Of a DNA stretch of 64,000 bases, positions 25,040 to 35,215 are shown one piece after another (position 1 is the first letter of the stretch; each line of letters opens with the position of its first letter). Under the pieces are notes generated by a model that saw only the letters and a list, made by a program, of their open reading frames with translations, was not told where the DNA came from and did not search any database. The DNA is from Camelus ferus (lineage: Eukaryota): positions 18,602,001 to 18,666,000 of the forward strand of contig NC_045696.1 of assembly GCF_009834535.1 (NCBI RefSeq), written 5' to 3'. Position numbers and translations under genes: made by a program.

Positions 25040-25902
25040 TTAGAGAAGATCTTTCAATTTTTTGTTTACAATAGATTTAGTATTGCTGAATTCTTTTTTT
25101 TCTTGTTTGAGAAATTCTTTATCTCTCCTTGTGTTTGGAATGATAATCTTGCTGGGTAGAATATTTAGTTTGCAGGTTTCTACTTTTCAGAACCTTGGGT
25201 ATATCATGCCACTCTCTTCTGGCCTGAAAAGATTTCTGCAGAGAAATTAGCTGATAGCCTTATGGGGGTTTCCTTGCAATTGACTCTTTGTTTTTCTCTT
25301 GTTGCATATAGAATCCTCGCTTTAACTTTGTCATTTTGATTATAATATGTCTTGGTATGGGTCTGTTTGGGTTCATCTTGTTTGGGACCCTCTGTGCTTC
25401 CTTTACCTGGATATCTGTCTTCTTCTTTAGGTTTGGAAAGTTTTATAATTACTTCAAATGCATTTTTGATCATCTTCTCTCTCTTTTTCCCAGAACCACT
25501 GTTGTCTATAGATTGGAGTGTTTTATATTATCCCATAGATCTCGTATGTTGTTTTTAATTTTTTCCATTTGTCGTGTCTCTGTTCTGTTCTGAATGGATT
25601 ATTTCCATTATTCTAGCTTTCAGATCACTTACTTATTCTGTACCTTTTAGTCAGCTATTTATTGCTTCTAGACTGTTTTTTATCTCAGCAATTATCTATT
25701 TTTGATTGGTTTATCTTTATAGCTTCTAGTTCCTTATTACAGTGATCTCCATTTTTATTGATAGTCTTTCTTAATTGAGTTTGCATTTTTATTACCACCT
25801 TTTGGAACTCAGGGTCTCAAAGGCTAGTGAGCTCTATTTCACTATTCTTTCAGGAGATTTCTCTTGCTCTTTTAATTGACAAGAGTTTCTCTGCCTTTTC
25901 AT
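25040..25902 (-). pseudogene. L1 ORF1, disrupted
   Basis: ATG at 25902 reads MKRQRNSCQLKEQEKSPE. Internal ILYATREKQRVNCKETPIRLSANFSAE. Ends KLKDLL* at 25040. In-frame stops present. Confidence 0.85.
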
Positions 25903-27266
25903 TTTACTTAACTTTCTCTGTCTCTCTGAATTTAGGATAAGCAGTTATCTACTGTGTTCTTGAAAGGGTATTTTTATGTGGGAGCATTCCTATGTATACT
26001 GTGTGTCCAATGTTGCTGGTGTAAGGGCTGATTTTGATATGGATGCTAGCCACATCTTTACGTCTGGATGTGCTGGCCAATATCATCTTGAAAGGAGGTG
26101 TGGTTGGTGTTGGGGGATCTAAAACCTGTGCAGGGTGTGAGGTGGGGCTTCACGTGTTCTCTGTGGCTGCCACTACCCTGTCAGGGGTGGGGTCTGCTCC
26201 CCAACTGTTGAAATAAAAGCCCTGAGTGTTGAGGTTCATCAGGCTCCATTGCTCCTGAATGAGAGCCCTGTCCCAGAGGAGGGGATTGCTGAAAGAGGTG
26301 AGGCCTGTACACTCACGGAGGATTGATGTCCTGCCTGCACAGGCATGCATGGCTCTGCTCAGACACAGCACATCTTTGTGTCCCTTACCTTGTTTTAAGT
26401 CCCAGATATAGTGCAAGACTGTGGTATGGAGTGGGCAGGGCCAGAACACTCTAGGCTGAGGCTGAGGCTGGTGGTCAGGACACTGTGGCTGTAGGAATTG
26501 AATTTGCTGCACACCTGTCAGAGATCTAGGCTGACTCTGTGGCAGTCTCCTCCCAGGGACTGTCTGCCCCAAATTCAGCACTAAACTGCAGTGTGAAGTT
26601 AGAGGGGCTGGTACCTTTGCTGGGTGGGAAAGGAACCATGGCATGCTCTTGTGGTGCCACCACCCAAACATTTATTGACCATGGCCACCACTGCCCCAGC
26701 TGGCTCACACCCCAGGCTTCCTGGTGTGTCTCTGTGTAGCTAGACTGAGCCATTCCACAGGGCCCATTTGGCTCAGATCTTACACCAGGCTGTGATGTGG
26801 AGTGAGTGGGACTGGGGTGTTAATCCCATCTGGATTGGGGACTACAGTCAGGTGGTAGCCACCAGTGCAAAGCTCTCTCTGCCCTATTGTTGGCATGCCA
26901 GTGCATGCACTCGTTATGAGTAGAATCTAGGCTTGTCCAGCCTTTCTAACTGTCCCACCAGGTCTTCCAGCAGCCCTGGGGGCTTTTCTTCTCTGCACAG
27001 GATCCCAGAACTGGGATGCCCATCTGTGGCTCAAACTGCTCACTCCCCAAGATTAGCTTTCACCTGTGTTGATCTTCTCTTCCTTTTGGACTTTTCTCAG
27101 GAGCAAACCTTATGTCTTTTCCATCCTATGTGGTTATGTGGAAATCTTCCTTGTAGCTCTGGTTGTATAGGAGTTCTTCTGCCAGTTTTCAGTTAGTTTT
27201 CCATGAGAAGTGTTCTACCTGTAGATGTGCTTGTATGGGGAGGTGAGTTCCATGTCCTCCTACTCT

Positions 27267-27275
27267 GCCATCTTG
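27267..27275 (-). promoter_or_regulatory. YY1-type motif (CAAGATGGC) at the L1 5' end
   Basis: gccatcttg on the + strand, a few nt from the L1 5' terminus, where L1 promoters carry a YY1 site. Confidence 0.6.
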
Positions 27276-27569
27276 ATCCCTCTGCTTAATCCAGTTCAGT
27301 TGAAATCTTTCTTCTCTTATCCAATTTGAACTTTATGTCTCTACTCAATATTAACTTGGGCTAATGACTCACTTGCAACCTGCAGTAGGAAAGGAAAGAT
27401 TGATTCTGCCTTCTCATCTTGTCCCACCTTACACTTCTCTACCTCTGCCCCCCGTCTGAGTCTCCCATGGTCAGGACATAGGGAGAGAAATGAAGCAGGT
27501 GCAACATTCTGACATCATTTGGTACTGCTGACTGGATGACAAGAAGAGAGTCTCCAACTTAACTGACCC

Positions 27570-28375
27570 CAGACTGAACTCCTGGATCTCTCCTCCCTCA
27601 AATCACATACATGCACTCACATTTAATCCACCCACACTCCTCTCCCTCTCCACTGATAATTTCATCTTTCCATTTGATGAGATTCAAACTCTAGAATAAA
27701 ATTGCCATTGACTTTCCCTTTTCCCTTCCCTCTCTGCCTCCCACACCACACGCAGAATTTTCTCCCTCTCACTCCACATCTAATCTGTCACAAAGTCATG
27801 CCAATGCTGTCTTCAAAATAGAACCAGAAAAATAAATCAGAAATTTACTGCTGCTCATCACCTACTCTGGTAGTGCAGTCAACTATCTTTACTTTCAGTA
27901 GCATCACATAGTCGTGTGTGTGTGTGTTTGCCAGTGCTTCCTGTAATTTATTCTCATCATAGTCAGAATTACCCACTTTAGGCAAGAGAAAGAGTACGCT
28001 GCTGTCCCTCCCCACCCAGCACCCTGTGGTGGCTTTTCAAAGTAACAGGCGAAGTCCAGGATGCTCTGCGATAGCTGGTCCCGGTTATCTGTCTGTTGCT
28101 CTCTTCTTCTCTTCCCCTTACTTTTCCTCCCATAGGCTCTTCGTTCTCCTTCATGTGGACCAGGCACTCCTACTTTAGCACACTTACTCCAGCTGGTTAT
28201 TCTGCCTGGGGAGCTCTTGACTTGGATCTCTGTTTGGCCAAGCGCCTTGCTACCTTTGCTCAGATTATATCTTCGGTGTGGTCTGCCCTATTTACATTCT
28301 TTTAATATTCTCGCCTGCTCCTGCCCTATTTGGAACTTCTGAATCCCCTTTACCTTGCTCTGATTCTTATATCGA
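27570..28375 (+). mobile_element. LINE-2 fragment
   Basis: ctctcactccacatctaatctgtcacaaagtcatgcc...cttcaaaatagaaccaga...tttattctcatcatagtcagaat...gctggttattctgcctggggagctctt. Confidence 0.7.
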
Positions 28376-29436
28376 TTTCATGGTTAAGTAAGTTGCATGC
28401 TTGGGTTCATGAATATATATTCTAGGACTACCTGCCTTTCAAATTAAGGTGGGCTATGAGTCTGTTTTTCCCAGCCAATACATTCCAAGAGGGCTTCTTT
28501 GCTTTATTAATGAATTGCCTTCTTCAGAAAGATACCTTTTTCTCTATGAATCTTGTATCAGTTTCTATTAACATGACATAAAACAAGTAGCCAAAGTGGA
28601 TAAGTATATTAAATATGAATTATTATAAAATTAATTTTATGTTGAAAAACTTGGAAAACAATCAACTTATGGGCAATCCAAGGATACATTTTTTTTCTTT
28701 TCTTTTGCCAACTAAATTAAAGACCTGTGCAATAAGTCTCATTTGTCATTAGAAAATGAACTATAAAATGGTAAATTGGATAGGGCTGTAATTCTCATTG
28801 TCCGGTCACTTTCTGCTTAGTAGGCATTTGGGGGAATATTTTTAAAAGTTCTGCTGATATGCAAAACAAAGAGTAACAGTATTGCAGTCACCGTAGTGTT
28901 TTTATTTAGAATTTAGCTTTTTCCGTCATCTATCAAAGACGCAAGGGGACATGAAAGCGGAGATTACAAAACCTGCTCTTTCCTAAGGCATTAGTTTTCC
29001 CAATCATAGTTTGTTTTTCAGTTCAAGTGGAGTGATTTACTTTTTAACAGTTCACTTCACTGTTGCTTCAAAGGACACAATATATAAAAGCAGGAAGAAT
29101 GCTTTTGTTGTTTTTTCCATCAGCAATTGATGGAAAGGGCCAGAGTTTTAGTTTCTATAATACTTAATATGTCTTATATATTTTGAAGCTTAATAAACTC
29201 TGACATTGAAATCATGTTTTTAAGATTTTTTTCTATTTATGGTACTTATATTGTGTGCTTCAAAAATGAATAAAGTTGAAAAACTTCATATATGATGATC
29301 CAATGGTAAATGCAGCATTTCTATAATTGTTTAGAACCTTACCTAATTTAAATCAGAGTGCAGAGAGTTTATAAACTGAAGAAAAGAAAGATTACAGTAT
29401 TAGCTGGGATAGAATTACATTTCTTGAAATAGAAAG

Positions 29437-30043
29437 TGTTACAGGTTGAACTTCTGTACCCACTCCCCCCAAATATGTTGTCCTAAGCCCTGGTACCTGT
29501 GAATGTGACCTTATTTTAAAATATGTGTTAGCTATCTTGATTATGGTGGTAGTTTCATGGGTGTATACATTTATCAAAATTCATCAAATTGTACATCCGG
29601 GATATGTGTAGTTTCCTGTACAGGAACCACACCACAATAAACGTGTTAAAAAATAAAAATAAAAATATCTCTACAGAGTAATCAAGTTAAGATGATGTCA
29701 TTAGTGTGGGTCTCAGTCCAGTGTGACTGACGTCCCTTATAAGAAGGAAAGCCACGTGTAAACAGACACAGGCCTAGATGGGGAAACTGGCCTGTGAAGA
29801 CTTAGGCAGAGACTGGAGCTGCATCACCGTCAGCCAGAGCAAGCCAAGTATTGCAGTGACACCAGAAGCCAAGAGAAAGGCACAGAACAGATTTTCCCCT
29901 GGAGACTTGGGAGGGAGCACGACGCATGTCAGCACCTTGCTTTCAGACTTCAAGCCTCTGGAACATTGAGAGGACAAATCTGAGTTGTTTCAAACTACCC
30001 AGTTTGTAGTACTTGGTTACGGCAGCCCTAGGAGACTAATATA
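29437..30043 (+). mobile_element. MLT1C/B-like solo MaLR LTR with 5-bp TSD GAAAG, interrupted by an L1 3' fragment
   Basis: tgttacaggttgaa...gtacctgtgaatgtgaccttattt and gtaatcaagttaagatg...ggcagccctaggagactaatata. GAAAG at 29432-29436 and 30044-30048. Confidence 0.9.
29521..29665 (+). mobile_element. L1M 3'-end insertion with A-rich tail, nested in the MLT1 LTR
   Basis: tatcttgattatggtggtagtttcatgggtgtatacatttatcaaaattcatcaaattgtac...caataaacgtgttaaaaaataaaaat. Confidence 0.85.
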
Positions 30044-30159
30044 GAAAGGAAAATGAGTTTCCATTTCTGTGAGAGGGAGAGGGAAATGTTTGTCCATTTT
30101 TGTCTAGAAAATAGGAAAAAATGGTAATTTAAAGCAAACTAAATGCCAAGTTTTTGATA

Positions 30160-30320
30160 TACATATCATTTGATTCCCAAAATTTAGTGAGCAAGATACA
30201 GCTTCATCTTACAATGAATTGATAACTATACCAGAGCTAATATATGACAGAGAAAAGGTTTGAACACACATCTGTCAGACTGAGAAGTCTGGATGCCCTC
30301 CTAGTACTAAATGTCCTATG
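30160..30320 (-). mobile_element. MIR SINE fragment
   Basis: catttgattccca...catcttaca...agagctaatatatgacagag...tttgaacacacatctgtcagact. Confidence 0.55.
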
Positions 30321-31149
30321 AGTCTACAGTGTACTGGAACATGTATGAATGACAGATTCTGTGACATGACATGACATGGCAGAGACACATTTTCCTCACC
30401 TCAAATAGAGCCATTTCTGGACAACCTAGTAAATTTTTCTTAAATGGTACGTATTTGGCCCCATAAAACTTTTAAATACCAACCTAGGTTATTTCAAATA
30501 TAACAAGAAACCCTTCTTAAGGAATCTAAAATAAGCATAAAAATCACTAATAATAGGATATTTAGCAGTTGTATAGAGAACAGGCACATTCTTTGACATG
30601 ATTTATAAATGTGTTTTACTGATACATAAGGAATAACATTTAGCCAGACTCATCAGAATAGCAAGTTTTATTTGAATTCTAAAGACGGTTTAAAAAGTGA
30701 GTCAATTTGGCAAGTAAAAATGTACTACAGCAATGTCTGAACCTCATTAGTGGTTAAAAGAAATTGAGAAAGGTCGAAAAAGTCTTAGAAGATAAGAAAA
30801 ACCCGCTACAAAGAGGAGAAATCCATATTGTCTCCTTTTCAATGTTTTAAAGGTTTCATGACATTTTTTTGAACAACCAGGCAACTTCTAAAGTTTTCCC
30901 TAGAGATGTGAATAATCTTTTTCTTAAAAAATGATTTTTTTTTACCTTACTTGTCATCTTATTTGTGCAACAGTCTGTGTGCACATGTAACATGTGTATG
31001 TTTGCAGCAGTTATGTTTTGTTGATCTGCTTTTTTCCCCTGTTTCATCATCCAATAACCATATGTTGACAATGTAAGATAGAACCAGATTGGAGCAGTGG
31101 TGGTAATAGAAATACAAGAGCTAATGCCTCTTCACAAAAATCTGACTAT

Positions 31150-32815
31150 CCAACTAAGGATTCAATTTAGGATTCTCTCATTATTTTAAAGTTTCAGAGA
31201 CTCTAACATTCATCATGGCAAAACAAAGTGGCTAATGAGCTCAGATGATTGAAAGAGGAATTTTGGATATGTGCGAATTATTTGACATGAGTTCATATAT
31301 GATAGTGCAATGTTAGAAAACTCGGACTAGAATTGCCAGGAAAATATACTACATACAACAAAAATATTTTAGGATTAATGAATCTTTGAAATAAAGACAG
31401 CACAGCACATTCATCAATATAATTTGTTATTATAAATAATTAATGTTTGAGAAGAATATACTGTACCCACCAAGGACATATTGCTACAGAAATTCTCAAC
31501 TTACTGTGAATGCCTTCAATGGGGAGCTATTTGAAATCTGAAGAGAATTTTTATGTCTAAAAATCATAATGAAGTATTCAAGAAAAAATTCAGTAAGAAT
31601 TTACATCACTGCTGTAAGTGATGTTTCCTAATGAAAATTAACCCCGCTTTCAGTACATCAAGTAACTTACAGAGAGGCATCCTGCAAGCCTGTGTGTAAT
31701 ATATTAATTGTAGAGTATTGTTTACCTAGCTAAAATATGAACAGGAAAATATTCCGCAGAGGGTAGAACACAGCAGATTCTTCAGAGCATTACTTAATAT
31801 GATGTATATGCTAAAATAAATTATTTAAATGCTTAGAAAAAGAGGTGATTACTAGGATCTAGCAAAGACTCACTGAAATACACATGTAGTATATAACAGT
31901 TTTACCATACACTATTTTGAAATGGTTATGTTTATAAAGTGATACACACATACATATAAATTTATCTTAATTATGTAGGATACTTCAAAATAGTTAATGT
32001 GCTAAAATGGATATGATCAGATTAAAGTTGCACTTCGTTTATTGTAATATAGCTGATAAATATTATGCAGAAGGTAAACTTGAAGTATAGATTGTAGTCA
32101 CACTCTTGTTGTGAATTCAGAATTATTTATATGTTAGAAAATATAAAGATAAGAGGAAAAGATTAAATGAGAAAGGATAAAATTAAAAATGAATGTATAA
32201 AAATCTTAAAGATCTGAGTAATGGGTTCAAACAATTAAAATGAATAGATGTAAAATAGTTCATTTGAGGAAAAATATATCCAGTTAACCACACTGGTTGG
32301 ACTTGATAGTATTGTATATAAGAAATTTGAAGAATATATTTCAATATCAAGAGATGTGCTAGTTTAACACAACTTTAAGAATGGAAATTGATATGACTGC
32401 ACAGATATCTGTAAATCCATACTGCAAAACGAAATGGTGTCATTTCAGAAGTATTAGATTCCCTCTTGCATTCTAATGCAGATTTACTCTCCATAGCTAG
32501 AGGATTTTGTTCAGTTCTTGGTGTCGATTATGATGGATACAATATTAAGGCAGAGTGCATTGAGGAGGAAAATAAGCAGGATATTGGGGTGTAAAGGCAA
32601 TGAGGGAAAAACAAGGTGCATAATGTGGAATACATTTTCAAATGCTTGAAGACATATTGCTTGTAATGGACAATTGCCTGGCATAGCTCCAGATTCAGGA
32701 CTAAGACTAATTGGTAGGCTTTGCTTAAAATTAAATGTGCTTTATTCTTACAAAGTTCGTAACCGTTCAGAAAGTGAAATGAGTTGGCTTAAATGAGTTC
32801 ATGAGTCATTACAGA
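31150..32815 (+). mobile_element. L3/CR1 LINE remnant, highly decayed
   Basis: Collinear CR1-like motifs: atgagctcagat, gtgattactaggatctagcaaagactcactgaa, aaaatgaatagatgtaaaatagttcattt, ttttgttcagttcttggtgtc, gcagagtgcattgaggagga. Confidence 0.5.
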
Positions 32816-32824
32816 GGATATTCT

Positions 32825-33375
32825 TGTTGCCCTTGGACCAGAGCCCTTCTCTTCTCAGAAATGCCCTTCACTTTGCTCCAAGCAAGTGGGGCTAAATGGG
32901 TGTACCATTTTCCTAACTACACGAATGAACCTAACTCTGCTAGGGTTCACTTACAGAGCCTGCCACGATTTAGAGATCTTGGGTGGGTTTTAAATTAAAC
33001 AATCCAATAGATCTTTCCCCTCTTTGAAATATTTATTGTCAATGACAGTATCACCAGATCATTCTGTGATGGTAGAAACTAAATGATTTAATTTGGCACC
33101 TTTTGTTTCCTGTGTTCCCCAAGATATTAAGGGAGCAAATATGCAGCAGGAAACAGTCAGATTTATACAAAAGAGATGAGAGAGCGAAAACAAGACCCCT
33201 GAAGCCAATACTTCCTTGAAGTCCAGCTATTTTCCTGTACATCATGACACTTGGTATTTAAATCCCTTCTTTGATTCCTTTGGATACAGCTCTAACATTT
33301 CAGTAAAGTATCTTTTTTCACTAAGCTGGTTTGAGTTGTTTTCTGTTTTTCTTGCAAAGGATATTATCTAAAATA
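32825..33375 (+). mobile_element. Old MLT1-type LTR
   Basis: cttccttgaagtccagcta and ctaagctggtttgagttgttttctgtttttcttgcaa...ctaaaata, typical of an MLT1K/L 3' end. Confidence 0.5.
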
Positions 33376-33483
33376 CTTGTGCATCAGGGAAGACTAAAGT
33401 AATATTTCTCAGCTGCAGTATGGCAAATGGAAGGATGCTTCGGGAAAGGGACTTGGGCATCCAAAGTACTCACTGCTTTGTGA

Positions 33484-33522
33484 AAAAACAAACCAAAACA
33501 AAACAAAACAAAACAAAACAAA
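33484..33522 (+). repeat. (CAAAA)n microsatellite
   Basis: aaaaacaaaccaaaacaaaacaaaacaaaacaaaacaaa. Confidence 0.9.
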
Positions 33523-33790
33523 TTCATTCCTGTGAATTCCATGCATGATTAAATCCTAACAAGAGTATCTAAATATAAAATCATACTACTTTTAAGTATT
33601 GCTGCAGTCTTAGTTTGATGTTTTCCTGTAAATTTAACAATGCTAATATATAATTGTGCATTTTATGTCTAGATTGCTATTTTCTTCAAGTTATTTTAAA
33701 AATAGAACAATCACAACTTGCAATTATTAGGCAAAATTGTTTCTTTCAAAACTCATTTGTAGACATCTTGAAGTGCTTCATTTTATCATT

Positions 33791-34237
33791 TGACAAAGCT
33801 TTGCTTGACCACACTTTAGTCAAAGTTCTGAACCTTCTCCTTGGTCTGTTTATGTATTCTCTTGTAAAATCCACTTGTAGCAAGACCCCTGTTAAGTCAG
33901 TTTAACTACCCTTGATACCTGATCACCCTCGATATGTAATTGTGTTCCTGTGCTCCGTTGTTCTCAGGTGATGTCTGATCACCCTGGCCTGTTTTCAAAG
34001 AATCCTGTCAGGTTGGTGTAGCCAGATTTCCCCGTACCTCTGGTATTTCCTCTTAGTCATTTTCCAGCCACTGACCCCCACCCTGCTCTGTGGTGCTATA
34101 CATTTCTGATTGCTCATGTTCTGTTCAGAATTGATCCCAGTTCTATATTGAGATCTCTTTTCCTCTATTGCAGTAGTCCTGAATAAAATCTGTTTTTACT
34201 GCTTTAACTACTATCCAGCTCTGGAATTTCTTTGACA
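33791..34237 (+). mobile_element. ERV1-class solo LTR (MER31/MER67-like)
   Basis: TG...CA ends (tgacaaag...tttgaca), internal repeated tgatcaccct, aataaa near the 3' end. Flanks catt/catg are a near 4-bp TSD. Confidence 0.8.
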
Positions 34238-34479
34238 CATGCTTGGCTTTTAGAAATTAGATTCAACTTCAAATATTTAAATATGTGAACTCCATAAACA
34301 CATACGTGCATATGTGTACTTCTAAGAGGTACATAACCAAGAATATACTTGCATCTAACATAGGTACACAGTGATCAACATCCAGACTGCAGTTGATTTC
34401 AGCTCTTACCAAGATAGCCAGGTAAGATAGATAACTTTCAAGCACAGACAGTTGGACAACCAAGCTCAGGTTTTACTTA

Positions 34480-35215
34480 AAAGTTTTTAATCCATTTGTG
34501 TTGATTTTTGTACATGGTTTAAGCCAGGAGTCCAATTTTATTCTTTTTTTGTATGGCTGTCCAGTTTTCCCAGAATCATCAATTGAAGAGACTCTCCTTC
34601 TCCCCATTTTATATTCTTGGCTCCTCTGTCATAAATCAATTGACCAAATAGGCGTGGATTTTAATTCTGGGCTCTCTATTATTATGTTCCATTGATCTGT
34701 GTGCCTATTCAATGGCAATTCCATGCTGTTTTGATTATTATCGTTTTGTAATTTAGTTTAAAATCAGGAAGTGTCATACCTACAGCTTTGTTCTTCCTTC
34801 TCAAGATTTATTTGGCTGTTCAGGATCTTTTGTGATTCTATACAATTTTAGGATTATTTGTTCTATTTCTGTGGACAAGTCCACTGGGATTTTGATAGAG
34901 ATTTCAGTGAATCATGTACCCATAGTTTACATTCTTCCATTTTAATTTGGATACCTTTTATTTTTCTTGTCTAATTGGTGTTGCTGGACTTCCAGTACTA
35001 TGCAGTAAATGTTGAGAGTGGGCATCCTTGTCTTTCTGCAACCTTAAAGGAAAAGCTTCTAACTTTTCACCGTTAAGTTGATGTTAGCTGTGGGCTCATG
35101 ATATGTGGCTTTTATTTTGAGGTCGATTCCCTCTATAGGCAGTTAGTTCAGAGTTTTTGTCATGAATGGATGTTGAATTTATGCATCTATTGAGATGATC
35201 ATGACTTTCATCCTT
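34480..35215 (-). mobile_element. L1 ORF2 fragment (RT region, with internal deletion)
   Basis: Homologous to ~21780-22850 of the large L1 (gagagtgggcatccttgtc, gcatctattgagatgatcatg). Confidence 0.85.

Larger units (their letters stand above)
20545..27280 (-). mobile_element. Near full-length, inactive LINE-1 (~6.7 kb: 5'UTR, ORF1, ORF2, 3'UTR)
   Basis: Minus-strand 5' end GGGATCAAGATGGCAGAGTAG. Collinear ORF1 and ORF2 remnants in the ORF track ([56 protein letters not shown]). 3'UTR lies near 20545-20850. Confidence 0.95.

Noticed and set aside
26150..26671. Longest ORF in the track (173 aa, minus strand)
   Set aside because: It lies in the GC-richer L1 5'UTR where stops are rarer, and has no recognisable domain.
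20520..27300. Target-site duplication for the large L1
   Set aside because: Only a loose resemblance (ttacccaattt versus ttaatccagtt), too degenerate to call.
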